A stretch of 64,000 nt of DNA from Takakia lepidozioides (Eukaryota > Plantae > Bryophyta). Below, in pieces: positions 48,586 to 61,594 of the stretch; position 1 is the first letter of the stretch; every line of letters starts with the position of its first letter. The notes beneath the pieces are model-generated. The model ran no database searches. It was given only the letters and a program-made list of their open reading frames with translations, and was not told the DNA's origin. Location: contig CM060732.1 in the NCBI GenBank assembly GCA_030704615.1, forward strand, positions 75,826,001 through 75,890,000, written 5' to 3'. The translations under genes were made by a program, and so were the position numbers.

Positions 48586-50479
48586 CACTACAACAAATTG
48601 CGGCTTTTACGTCTCTATGTTATGACTGCAAATGCAGTCATGGAAGCCATTTACGACTTTCTGACTCTGCAGACGTAAAGACCTAGTCAGTTGTGACATG
48701 GCAAATATGACTCTCCAGGCTGGCTGTCACGGGGCGCCAGAGCAGCTGTGGGGGTAGTCATACACGCTGGCTTTACTGAATGACTGAACGGACAGTGTAG
48801 TCCATGTCAGCGGCTGTGCAAGAGTGGCACGTGCTCGATGCAGGAAATGACACGTGGCAGAATGTTTAGCTCTCCATGACTGCGAACTATGACTACGAGT
48901 GTGCTAATCCGGTTGCAACACGTGGCGCGTTTCAGTTTTTACACGTGGTCCATCAGCAGATTGACATGTGTCATGATGGGTTTTGGGGTGTATTGCTATT
49001 TTTTTACATATTTGTATTTCTGCCACGTAGTGTAGTACTATTGGAGAGTGAAAATAGATGTAGTCATTATTATGACTATGATAGCAGTCATGTACATGTC
49101 TATTACAACAATGAAATATAATATATAATACAAAGAGAACAAGGCAGCAAGACATAACTGCAACAAGCTGAGCAAAACCAAGAGATTGCATACCATCTCT
49201 ATTTACCAATCTATTTATCATTATCATTTTTGTTGCGATCTAAAAATACATTAAATAGTCGCATGTTCTCATGTGAATTATTTTGTCTAACTATAACACT
49301 TTGAAAAGTGTTCACCCAAAATCTTCTAACTACTCATGTATTCCATCAATCTGCAACCCATCAAAAACGGCTTGCATGGCTTTAAGAATTACTACAACAA
49401 GGACATTTGTTTGTTTTCCAAGTTCTTGCATAAGATGCACCAACCAATATTGCATTGTGAGACACTCACTCGCTATACTCCAAGGCGTCCAGGGAAGGTC
49501 ACTGAGCAACCTGCCAAGGCGGAAACAATTAAGAGAATTATCTAATACCATATATGAAAAACCAATGCCAGTGTTGTTTATGGTAACTTCTATCCCATGT
49601 CCTAAACAAACCAAAGCAAAAAGGTTGGTGTGTATTGGCGAAGTCATCAGATACTTCACAAAGAAACATGCACTAAAAATGAGAGCCAGGAGGATAGGAA
49701 GGTCACTCACGTTTATACAAAGACATCTTGCCCATTGCCCAGCACCCTGCGTCACCCACACTCTATCTCTATTCCTTCAGCTATCCATGCCTCTGCACAA
49801 ATCAAGCATTCATCCTTGCCTTGCTACTAGCAGCTGACAATGACAGCCTACATTTGTTCTAGGAAACACCCAACTCAGCGTAGCACACTAGTTCCTATGC
49901 TGAATTGCGTCTGCTACTCTCTGAAATGTAGCAGGCATTCACCTTTCTGCCCCGGTTGACCCATCAGTGACTGGGCTCAGATAAGTATTCATTCCACAGC
50001 TTCTCCTCATCTCTGTTACCTATTTTTTGACACTTTCCTGTTGTCACATTGGCAGTATCATGTCAAAGTCACTCCAAACTAGATTCACTCAACCAGCTAA
50101 CTTGCAGAATTGAACATGTAAATTTAGGGCCGATTCTGATAAGAGGGAAAAACAGGGTGAAATATGTTGAAGAAGATGCCTTCATTAGCAGTGCCTGATT
50201 TTATCACTTGTGCCGCTGCTCCCAGTTGACCATCTACCCATGCAGGTTTCTTGTAGCTATTGATCCACAGGGAATCACAGGTAATCTTGTGCTTGAAATC
50301 TGGCCTTCTTGGATGAATCTGGACCCACACGAAATCCCTGCTCCTTCAGCTATCCATGCCTCTGCACAAATCATGCATACATCCTCGCCTTGTTGCTAGC
50401 AGCTGACAATGACAGCCTAGAATTGTCAAAGCAAACACTAGCAGGGAAAACAGGGTGAAATATGTTGAAGAAGGTACCT

Positions 50480-50955
50480 TCATCCTTTTCTCCATCATTT
50501 GCTTTCAGGTGTCCAAAGCCCCATCCCGCGCTCCTGCTCTGCACACCCTTCAAGCATCGCATTCCACGACACCATATCTAGTTCAGCCATAGTGTTGAAC
50601 ACTCCCTTAGCATCCTCAATGCTCCCACATTTAGCATACATGGCCACCAGAGCCATGTTCAGGATGACATCTGGTACAATTGCAGATTTGATGATGTCAC
50701 CAGGGATCTCTTTGTCCTTTTCCAGGGCTGCAGACGCACTGCAAACGCATACAAACGTTATGTCGGCGGCCTTCACCCCTTCCCCCATCATTTTCTCAAA
50801 GGTTGGAGCCTCTTTCCCGCACCCCAGCTGTGCATACCCAGCAAGCATCGCACTCCACGACACCACATCTCATTCAGCCACAGTGTTGAACACTCCCTTT
50901 GCATCCTCAATGCACCCACAATTGGCGTACATGTCCACCAGGGCAGGGGCAGTGT
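50480..50955 (-). pseudogene. Captured PLS-PPR fragment inside CACTA copy 2
   Basis: VVSWSAMLAGYAQLGCGKEA...GVKAADITFVCVCSA...LVAMYAKCGSIEDAKGVFNTMAELDMVSWNAML. Confidence 0.9.
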
Positions 50956-52949
50956 TCAAAAGAACATGTGGTAATTTGACAGGCATTCACCTCCTGACTT
51001 GGCTATTACCAACCCATCCTGCCATTGGCAAGAGATTCCACAGAAACTGATAGTTGTCTGTTTGACTATATAACTATGTATCTCTTGCTTTCTTACAGCT
51101 TGTACTGTGACACGCATAATGCTCTTGTTGTGTTGAATCATTTCACGCCTTCAGGTTTCATAACATTACCGTCTTTCTTTATCAGACATGTGCACCAAGA
51201 CAGAATCTCACCAAAAGATTGTTGGTGTTCAACAGTACCATACATGAAGATAACTAGCACCAAAAGGGAATATGAAGCTTATTCTGCTCTCCACCGGTAT
51301 TAACTTGCACCAGGACTTTCAATGGCTGTCTTCCAGTCCACCCATGGCCCGCTGTAAATGGCTTGCAACCTACAGATTTTCAAGAGAGCTGATTACCATG
51401 AAAATTTCAAAACTGGCTTTACAAACCTAATAATTCAACCATAATCAGCATTCAAGCTAAGGAAGCTTTACAAGCATCGTGTTGCGAGTAAAGCCTTGGC
51501 AATGTCACCAGGAAATCCCTGGCTGAATGGATGACACTGAAATAATGGAGCTTGAAATCCGGCCCTCTTGGACGAATTTGGGCCCACACTCTATCCCTGC
51601 TCCTTCAGCTATCTATGCCTCTGCACAAAATCCTTCAGCTATCTATGCATACATCCTTGCCTTCCTGCTAGCAGCTGACAATGACAGCCTAGAATTGTTC
51701 CAGCAAACACCCCCAACCCTACTTATCAACGAGCAATGAGCTAACTTACAAAATTCAATATGCATCTCAGGACGTCTGATGAGAGGGCAAAACATGCTGA
51801 AATAGGTCAAAGAAGAAGGTGCCCTCACCACACTGTCCTTGACCTTGTGTCATGACCCATGGAGGATTTGACCTTGTGTGTGATGCTTGTGTCTGTAGTC
51901 AGGTAATGTCGGATTGGTCAGTGAGAACCTGCACCACGGTGCAGCAGAGCAGGCAGACGTTGAAACACGGTCTGCTAAGACCAAGCTGACTCTCCCAAGA
52001 ACCTTGTAAACATCAGGAAGAATATCAAATCATGGTACTAACAGGAGCCAACAACCCACATTTGCAGGATGGACAAAATTCTGCACATCGTACATTAAAA
52101 AAAAACCACACCTTGCGATTGCGGTCGCACCCTCGTGAAGGATCTTAAAAAAACTCATGCCAGCTCTGCTCCATGATTCAAATTCAGGGCCGAGTCTGAT
52201 GAGAGGGAAAAATAGGCTGAAATAGGTCGAAGAAGAACGTGCCCTCACCACATTGTCCTCGACCTTGTGTCATGACCCATGGAGGATTTGACTGAACATG
52301 AACCCAAGATGACCTCTAGTGTGTGCTGCTTGTGTCTGTAGTTAGGTAATGTCGGATTGGTCAGTGAGGACCACCACGGTGCAGCTGAGTGGGCAGAGAT
52401 TGAAACACGGCCTACTAAGACCAAGCTAACTCTCCCAAGAACCTTGTAAACATCAGGAAGAATACCAAATCATGGTACTAACAGGAGAGCCAACCCACAT
52501 TTGCAGGATTGACAAACTTCTTCACATCGTACATTAAGAAAAAGCCACACCTTGCGATTGCGGTTGTCCCACCATCGTGAAGGATCTTTTAGAAACTCAT
52601 GCCAGCTCTGCTCCGTGCTGTAAAATCAGGGCCGAGCGGGTAGAGATTGAAACACGGCCTGCTAAGACGAAGCTGACTCTCCCAAGAACGGCGGGCTCCC
52701 AGCCGAAACCTCCTCGCACACATACCCTAGCGTTTCTAGGGTTGCTTGCTCCAGATGCGAAGGTTGATCCAACTGCGGGCCTCCCATGCATGTTTGCCCT
52801 CTCTCCCGCTCGCTCGCTCTAAGTCCCAACCCTCTCTCTCTCTCCCTCCCTCCCGCTCGCTCTAACTGTTCACGCTACCGTGATGGGCAACTTTTTAAGT
52901 TTTTTAACCTTTTTGTAAACCCTTAAAGCCCCTTTTTGATTTTTTTTTC

Positions 52950-53146
52950 TTTTTTCTTTTTTTCTTAAAGGAAACCACAAGCCCTTGAGGAGGGGGAAAA
53001 TTCACCCGCCTTCATTTATGGGCCATAAGACCTACAGGACGATCAACGTCAAGACATACCGTCTCGAACAATCCCACACACGGGATAAGGGCAGCGGGTT
53101 TGAACCCCAAACCACAAGGGCGACACACTGTGCACTTACCAGCCGA
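52950..53146 (-). mobile_element. 5'-truncated SINE inside CACTA copy 2, at the same position as in copy 1
   Basis: Near-identical to 29640-29830. Confidence 0.75.
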
Positions 53147-53759
53147 TGTGATTTTTTTTAAATCTTTGTTTTTTTTGGGTTTTTGTTAATTCATTCTAGT
53201 TGGTAAGAGTCTCTGTTTTTTTAAGATATAAATACTCATATATTAAAAATATATAACCAGAAAAGCATGTGTCGACACGTGTAGTCATGTAGTGATTCAT
53301 CCATGTGATGATCTGGCATAATGCATTAGAGTGAGAGTCATGAAGTCATATGTCTGTCTTGCAATATGCACACGTCATTCCAGTGTAGCCATGACCGTGA
53401 CTGGTAGTCATATCTGCCATGCCAATATTCGTGGTCAAACATGTTTGACCTGTGTTGCGCAGAGTCCGAAGCCATGCAGTCGCATATACGCCTTCTCCAG
53501 ACCTGCATTATGACTTCAAAAGCATTTTACGACTGCAAATGGCATTTCTGCCACAAATCTGTCATGATTGCGCACCCATGGGAGTCATAAAAGCCGCAAT
53601 CTGTTGTAGTGCCTTGAATTTTATGATGGTAGTTTGGTAAGCTCTACCCTGCCTGTTTCAGGCTTGATTTTGGTATGTTATGGATCATAATGAGGTATTT
53701 TTGCAAAACCTAGCATAAGCCTCTTGGAAAACGGTGATGGTAAGCTTTAAATGGAATCC

Positions 53760-54730
53760 TGCCACTGATTTTGGCTTTGTCATGACACCAGGCTTGTGAC
53801 CTGCAATTAAATGATTCATTGGCCAAGAGGGCCGGATCTCGGGTATTCAAGATGTTTATTTGTACATGTCTTGAATCTGTAAATCTGCCAGGCTGCCTGG
53901 ATGCACGTCTCAGATCTGATAAATTGCAGGCTGGTCCATTTAACCATGATGCCTTGCTTGGTAAATGATTCATTGGCCATGAGGGCCGGATCTCGGATGC
54001 TCAAGAGGCTTATGGCTACATGTCTTGAATATGTAATTTGCCATGATGCATGGATGCATGTCTCAGATCTGATAAATTGCAGGCTGGTCCATTTAACCAT
54101 GATACCTTGCTTGGTGCATGTCCTAGTGTACTTAAAAGTTGGTATGGTAGGATGCAGTAACATGTTTTGTCATGCCCATGACTTTTGTTTGAAGACATGT
54201 CTTTGAATCTGCAAAATGACAGGCTGATTTTCACATACCCTTGATGCCTTGTAAGTTACATGTCTTGGGGTAATTACAAAAGGTATGGAATCTGTTTTAT
54301 CATGCCCAAGTGGTTTGCTTGGAGGCATGTCTTGATTCTGAAACATTGCAGGCTGGTCCTTGTGCTTTGCTTGATGCATGACCTTCTGTAATAAAAAGCT
54401 GATAAGGTAAGGTGCTGCAACCTGTTTTGTCATGCCCAAGATGTATGTTTAAAGACATGTCTTGAAAATGTAATAGGGCAGGCTGAACCATGGTGCCTTG
54501 CCCCTTGCATGACCTCAACAATTTGTTATCCTTGAATACATGGCATGCTGGTAAGGTAAGGTGCAACAACCTGTTTTGTCATGCCCAAGACGTTTGTTTG
54601 AAGACATGTCTTGTATATGTTTTTGGGCAGGCTGACCCAAGGTGCCTTGCCTCTTGCATGACTGCGGCAATATGTTTATCATGTCCCTTACATGAACAAA
54701 CCCTGCCCTCCCACCCTGTTTTATCATGAA
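53760..54730. repeat. Imperfect tandem repeats of ~130-150 bp
   Basis: Repeated AATGATTCATTGGCCA.GAGGGCCGGATCTCGG...TCTCAGATCTGATAAATTGCAGGCTGGTCC and CTGTTTTGTCATGCCCAAGA units. Confidence 0.75.
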
Positions 54731-55169
54731 TGATTGGGTGATGTCAATTGGGAAGCTATGCCAAGAATGGAAATGTTAGATGGTCCCCTTTTTTTGGGCT
54801 GTTTATGTCTTTAATTGACAATGACCCTAGTGGGGTTCCCTCTCCCTCCCTCTCTCTCTCACTCCCTCTCTCTATCTTTTGTGCTGCTTATAAAACAAAA
54901 CAAACAAGAGAGGGAAGATACTCATGTCATGTCAAGACATGGAGATCAGGAAACCAAAAAAAAAAAAAAAAATGGTGGGGGGGGGGGGGGGGGACTGAGC
55001 AGCTACTGCTTAGTCACTCCCCCCCCCCACCTTCTTTTTTCTTCTTTGTTGCCCCCTCTCTCCTTCTCTCTCTCTCCATCCTTGGAATTGGCCGGTTTTA
55101 TCAGTGTTAATTTCTTGCGTTTTCATCCACACTCGATAGACTCTGGCAATTTTTTCACCCGTCCTATAA

Positions 55170-55580
55170 TGATTTTTCATCCATACCGGATGAACTACCA
55201 AGGTGGACACTGAATTACCTCTAAGATGAGTCTCTGATTATTCATTCCTCTTTTATTGACCTTCATCCATACCGGATGAGTCACCAAAGAATTAGAAATT
55301 ACCTCTGTGGGGGTTGCCACTGGCATCCTATTTTTCCATCCATACTGGATGAAAAATGCCAGGATAATAATTTTTTCATTCCTCTTTTATTGCTTTTTCA
55401 TCCATACCGGATGAGGCATTTTTGGGATGTGGAATTACCTGTGAGGATGTAAAACCGATGCCTTGGATGTCATTTCCTGTTTTGTCATCCTACTGCTGAA
55501 TTTTTTCCAACGGATGAACTCAATAATTTTTTTCATCTGAACCGGATGAAGTGTACAGCTTTTGATGGCCCTCGGATGAT
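55170..55580. repeat. Array of quasi-palindromic TCATCCATACCGGATGA motifs, resembling transposon subterminal repeats
   Basis: Motif at about 55177, 55263, 55335 and 55398, plus weaker GGATGA copies. Confidence 0.7.
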
Positions 55581-56529
55581 ATTGATTACCCCCAATTATG
55601 GTTGGTTAAGGTGTGAAACCCTAACCCCTACCCTTAAACCTACCGTTTAACCTAGCTACGGATAAAATCCGTCGGGTTTTAAAGGATGTGGTGGTGATTA
55701 TTCATCCTGCACGGATGAAAAATCGGGCAAGAGCCCTAGGATGTCTCTCCCGCCGTCAGAAGCACGAGTAATGCTTTTGAGCTCGCGAGAAGAGCGTTTT
55801 GGCGTCTGCGTTAAATTGCTGCTACCCTGTTTGCTGCATCGTACCCGTGCTGGGCGATCTCCTGGGGATGCGCAATGGCGGCGTTTTTTTTTTTTCTTAC
55901 AGGTGGGAGACAATGCTATGAATGCATCGTGTCTTTCCCTCCTCTGGCTTTTAATTTTTGCAACGGCGCTTGTGTGGGGAAGTAGCTCTCTCTCCCTTCT
56001 TAAACCTAGCAAGTGCGCTTGTATGCTTCACTTCTCTTTTGCTTTGCTGGAGGTGGCTTGTTGGTGGTGATCTGGTGCACAGTTCTCTTCCCCAATCGCT
56101 CAAGGTGGTTTTGGTGATTAGGGTTCCTTTTGTTTTATGTCTTTCTCTCTTGCTTTTGAGGTTCTTAGTTGACATCGATGACAAGAGTTTTGGCCTTAAA
56201 GAGGAGGTGAGTTTTATGGTAAGGCCTCAGTGGCTGTCAGGTTCTAAGGAAGAGGAGGCCCTGATTTTGAAGATGGCAGCCTGATAAGGCACTGACATGC
56301 CTCTTTCAGACTTGAATCTGGTGTGGAATGAAGCATAGTGAGGTTTATTTGCAAACCCTGGCATAAACCTCCTGGAAAACAGTGTTGGTAAACTCTACTG
56401 GACCTTTGTCAAAGATTATTAGCCTTGTATTGCCATCAGGCCAGTTACCTGCAATGTATGGATTATTTTTTGGCCAAGAGGGCTTGGTCCCGGGCACTCA
56501 AGATGTTTGTGTGGTTGCATGACTCCAAT

Positions 56530-57345
56530 GGTGGCTGCATGACTCCAGCAGTATCTGCATGAACGCTGGGGTTTTTTCCTTTGTACCTCTCCAGGGAGTG
56601 CCATCTGGTCTTTTGAGAGTTTGACTGGACTGCATGAAGTTGTACAAAATGTCATCGACATGCGGCTCATACGGGGGGTTGATGAAACAACCTTGGTCAG
56701 AAATTTCAAAGTTGCGGAGAGAGGATGGTGTCTTTGAGGTGCGAATCCTCCGCAGGCAGATCGCCTCGAACGTCCTCGTCTGCCAAAGACTGCAGGTTAG
56801 GATGGTAAACACCAACTATAGTGGAAGTTTGTACATTGGCTATTCAAAACACAGACATACAACAATCTGTTTTGTCACGAATCTGTCATGATCGGTGTCG
56901 ATCATTACAGATTGTGCGCAAAACTTCAAACCCAGAGGACTTCAGGTATGATGCCAAGGCCCGACGAGTATCTTTGTCACATGATTGAAAAAGCAGAAGT
57001 GTCCCTGCATCAGAGAGGAAATTATTGCAAAACCCGAACACCCAACTCCAGTAGTTGTCATTGAATTTGTTCCAGCTTGGCGTCTTGCCCTTCGGAAGAA
57101 CTTCTGGCACAGCCTATCCGTCCGGGATGTCGAGAATGACCATGTCAGCCGCAAATGATTTCTGCACACCGCACATGAAGGTGGGACCAATGCTCACCTG
57201 CAACAGACATGTCCAATTTTAGAATGAAGACTATAATGTTTTCAAAGAACCAAACTTTAACACTGCAAATGACACTTACAGATGCAAAGGAAAAATCAAA
57301 TTCTCACCAGATTAAGGAATGAGATCATGTTGTCCCAGGTAGGCG
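56530..57345 (-). pseudogene. Intron-containing beta-class DNA amino-methyltransferase (N6-A/N4-C)-like gene fragment
   Basis: Spliced translation ...NMISFLNL|VSIGPTF...ADMVILDIPDG*AVP...PSWN...FCNNFLSDAGTLLLF...|...PWRGTKEKTPAFMQILLESCS. Motif IV-like DIPD precedes motif X-like EK.P..M..LLE. In-frame TAG at 57114-57116; motif I not found. Confidence 0.6.
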
Positions 57346-58317
57346 AAGGCCCTGGGGGGTGCACTCCTCATTAAATGTACCAGCCACGTGCGTGCACAGG
57401 AGGGGGTATTTTAAACCCCCCCATGTACAACATTATACATACAGAGGGGGGTTTAAAACACCTTAAATATAATTTTATAGGAGGGGGCTGTTGAGTTTTA
57501 AGGGGTAGTGTAGTGGTAAGAGCGGTGTATAAGCCGCGATGCACCGCGGGATCATCCTTTTGTTTGTTTGTTTGCTTGTTTTTGTTTTGTTTTTTTTTTT
57601 CTATCCGCGATCTTTCTCCCCTTCCCTCCCGCGGCTTTCTCTTTTCCCTCTCCTCCTCTTATCTCCTCTCCACTCCTCTCCGGCGTTCGCCTTCTCTTCC
57701 GCGGGCTTTCTCTTTTCCCTCCTCTCCTCTCCCCTCCTCTCCATAGGGCATGGTATTCTTCCTGATGTTTACAAGGTTTAGGGGAGAGTGAGCTTGGTCT
57801 TAGCAGGCCATTTTGTGGTGGTTTCTCAAAGACCAATCCGACATTACCTGACTACAGACACCAGCAACACACCGAAGCGATCCTTTTGGGTTGATGGGAG
57901 GGCAATCCTCCATGGGTCATGACACAAGGTCAAGAACAATGTGGTGAGGGCACCTTCTTCTTTGACCTATTTCAGCCTGTCTTGCCCTCTCATCAGAGTC
58001 GGCCCTGAATTTGCAGCACTGAGCAGACCTGGCATGAGTTTTTAGAAGATTGACAATGGTGGGACAACTGCAATCGCAAGGTGTGGCGTTTTCTTAAGGT
58101 ACGATGTGAAGATTTTTTTCCATCCTGCTATTGCGGGCTCTTGCCTCCTATTAGTACCTGATTTGGTATTCTTCCAAATGTTTATAAGGTTCTTGGGAGA
58201 GTCAGCTTGGTCTTAGCAGGCCGTGCTCAGCTGCACCGTGGTGGTTCTCACTGACCAATCCGTCGTTACCTGACTACAGACACAAGTAGGCACACACAAG
58301 AGGTCCTCTTTTGAGTC

Positions 58318-59920
58318 AGTCCAAACCATGAAGTGGTCAGAGGTACCAATATCAGTTCTGTCGATCAACACATTGGCACACTGGGGGAACAAATTTTTGT
58401 CCATTATGATATAGTCCACAATGGAACGTTCCCCAGTTTGGGATTTCTCACGAGTCCACTGCACTTGGTCACCTGCAGTTGAAGTCCTTGCCCTTTGGTT
58501 GTCTTCCTAGAGCGCCCCATTGAATTACCTATGTCTAAGACCGCTCTCCAGCCAGTCAAGGGACGAACTTCTTTGAGATTGAATTGATGTGGGACTCTAT
58601 TAGAAGCACTTTTGGTCATTGCAACCTTCAACGTACACCTGTTATCAATGAGAGAACCCCGGACAGTGTATCAGAAAATGAATACTGTCTTCAAATTGCC
58701 CACACAATGGGAAGTGCACTCTCCCTTTCCTCTCTGCTTCTGTTTGATGTTCAAAGGTAGGCTTCCTGCCCTGAGTTTAAATTTCAGTCTAGTGCCGAGA
58801 GTGGGTGGACCCTTGAGGTCATCCATGATGTCCTCCCCCGTGTCACTGACTGGAAACAAGTTCAGGGAAGTTTTCTGCCTAACTTCATTTTCATCAGACA
58901 ATCTCATGGCAATAGACATGGCTTTGGACACTACAGCCTCTAAGTCGGATTTATCCAGCAGGGTCAAGACTTGCGGATCCAAGTCCAGGTCCTTGAGAAT
59001 CTCTTTCACTCTGGTGTTGGGAAAACACCTTTTGATCTCAGTCCAAACCAGGAAGTGGTCAGAGGGACCAATATCAGTTTTGTCGATCAACACATTGGCA
59101 CACTGGGGAAACAAATTTTTGTCCATTATGATATAGTCCACAATGGAACGTTCCCCAGTTTGGGATTTCTCACGAGTCCACTGCACTTGGTCACCTCTTG
59201 TCCTGTTATTCAAGGTCAAAAGATGAAGCTCTTCCAGACAGTTAATTAACTGTCTGCCATTAGAATTCAACTCGTCCTCACCAGAAGGCCCAGTGATATC
59301 GTCCTGATGGAGCCCTTTGCCCACCCGGGCATTGAAGTCACCCAATAGCACCACCTGACCTTTGGCAAGGAACGAAGCACAGTCCAGTTTTACATCTTCG
59401 AAGGCTTTGTCTGCGTCAGCACTAAGGGTCCCCTCTGTGGGCATGTAAACACAACCCACAAAGAGGTCCTTCGTACTCAAGCTGCCCTTCAGATGCAGTT
59501 TTAGCCAGATACTATGCTCGTACCTCAAACCCTTGTTGATAATTTCACAATTGTCCAACAAGAAATCACGGACAAAGAATCCAGCCCCTTTTTTACTGCG
59601 TTTGGCAGAGGCTGCCTTGAGAGTACACATCTTACCTGCCCATTTATAACCATTGACATCTCCAACCAGTTTATCCGACGTTTCCCAAGTTTCTGCCCAG
59701 CACAGATATGTATATCATTAGTCCGAAGAACTTGTCCAACTTCGAGTTGTTTCCTTTGGTTGGTCAACCCTGAGAAGTTGAAAGTGGCCAGCCGCAAGCC
59801 AGCCCTTTGCATGTGAATTGTTTGTCGTCTAGGTAGCTTGTGATTGCTCCTGGACGGCCAACCGTTCTGCAAAGGGGGGACAGTTACCCCATGGATTCAT
59901 AGCATCAAACCGATTAGAAA
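58318..59920 (-). mobile_element. LINE derivative: APE endonuclease joined to the C-terminal domain, RT domain missing
   Basis: RLATFNFSGL, GAGFFVRD, VGCVYMP, LLGDFNARVG, NSNGRQL, SIVDYI and SDHFLV, then in the same frame GTRLKFKLRAGSLPLN. 58318-58475 duplicates 59040-59195. Confidence 0.85.
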
Positions 59921-59934
59921 CTCTCAAGTTGAAG

Positions 59935-60901
59935 TCCTTGCACACTCACATTATCCAAAGTGGATTCACGCCAAATGTTTTTCTACTCAACACCCTTGTC
60001 AACCTGTATGTTATGTGCGGGAGCATCATTGATGCTCACCAAGTGTTCAACAGAATGCCTCAACGATCTTTGATCACGTGGAATATAATGTTGGCAGGAT
60101 GCAATGCGTGTCCAAGCCTGCGAGCTCTGGAAAAGGGGAAAGAGGTCCATGGTGACATTGTCAAAGTTGGAATTGTACCAGATGTCATTCTGAACACTCC
60201 CCTGGTGGACATGTATGCCAAATGTGGGCATTAAGGATGCGAAGGGAGTTTCCATGGCTGAACGAGATGTGGTGTCGTGGAGTGCGATGCTTGCAGGGTA
60301 TGCACAGCAGACACGTGGTATGGAGGCTTTGGAGACCTATGATCAAATGATGGGGGAAGGGGTGAAGCCCGACCACATTACATTTGTGTACATTTGCAAG
60401 CCTGTCAGCTCTGGAAAAGGGCAAAGAGGTCCATGGCGACATTGTCAGATTTGCAATTGTATCAAATGTCATTCTAAACAATACCCTCGTGGACATGTAT
60501 GAAGGGAGTGTTCAACGGTATGGCTGAACGAGATGTGCTATCATGGAGTGCGATGATTGTAGGATATGCACAGCAAGGGCGCGAGATGGAGGCTTTGGAG
60601 ACCTATGAGCAAATGATGTGCAAAGGGGTGAAGCCCGCGCTTTGCATTGCATGATGTTGAGGAAGAGCTTAAAGAATCGTCTCTTTGCCACCACAATGAG
60701 AAGCTGGCCATTGTTTTTGGGCTTATCAACACACCCTATGGGATGTCTTTGAGGATCACCAGGAATCTTCGGATGTGTGGTGATTGCCACACAGCCACCA
60801 AATTCATCTCAAAGATAGCTAAGCAAGAGATTGTTGTACGGGATGCAAACCGCTTTCACCACTTCCAAAATGGTGTTTGTTCTTGTGGGGAGTATTGGTG
60901 A
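59935..60901 (+). pseudogene. Deleted PLS-PPR gene fused to the C-terminal half of a DYW deaminase
   Basis: PPR remnants, then [30 protein letters not shown]...[18 protein letters not shown]...[20 protein letters not shown]. Confidence 0.92.
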
Positions 60902-61594
60902 AATGAAATGCTTGTCACCTAATTGAATGTATTGAACTCTATCAGCTTCAGGTTGGACTCCAACAGTGGCAGCAAAGGTGCACGAAATCTCTTTTTGGAG
61001 ATGAATTCTCAAGAGTAGGTTTTGAACATAATTGGACCTTGCAAAGGTTGAAACTGTAGAACAAGTTTAGAAAGTGTCCTAGTTGATGAACAGAGGTGCA
61101 GTGACTAGGTCTTGATGGTCTTCAAGAGGATCACTCTCTGATGAAAATACCCAGGACTGTATATCAGAAAATGGAATCTTTCTTCGGGCCTCTTGCACAT
61201 CGGGCATTGACAATGTCCCTTTCCTCTCTGCATCTGAATATTGTTCAAAGTGAGATTCCACAGCAAGTTTTATTGAGGGCAAACAATTTTTTAAATTAAT
61301 TTATTAGATTTTATTCGATTTTAAATGAATAAACTTGATATAATATAAAAACATACATATACATATTTGAGGGTATCTTTTAATTATTGAAAAGGGAAAT
61401 ATACATACATAAGGGGGTACTTTTAAAAAATTACAAATTTCTATATATTTACAGGAGGGGGTTTTATAATCTTCAAAATGTATGTACAGAGGGGGTATAA
61501 ATGATCCAAGGACCCGTATACATGGGTTTTTTTTATTAGGCGGCGAACGCACGTGATACGGACATTTTATAAAGAGTGCACCCCCCAGGGCGCA

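Larger units (their letters stand above)
48586..53611. mobile_element. Non-autonomous CACTA (Pack-CACTA) copy 2, 5026 bp
   Basis: TIR CACTACAACAAATTGCGGCTTTTA...TAAAAGCCGCAATCTGTTGTAGTG; 3-bp TSD CCT (48583-48585 and 53612-53614); both ends colinear with copy 1. Confidence 0.95.
57349..61591. mobile_element. TIR-bounded 4.2-kb block with LINE and PPR-DYW cargo
   Basis: Inverted repeats GCCCTGGGGGGTGCACTC (57349-57366) and GAGTGCACCCCCCAGGGC (61574-61591), extending imperfectly to about 45 bp; ACAG(G)AGGGGGT subterminal repeats at both ends; no clean TSD. Confidence 0.55.

Noticed and set aside
55170-55580. CRISPR-like repeat-spacer array
   Set aside because: Eukaryotic context, irregular spacing, spacers related to each other and no cas genes.
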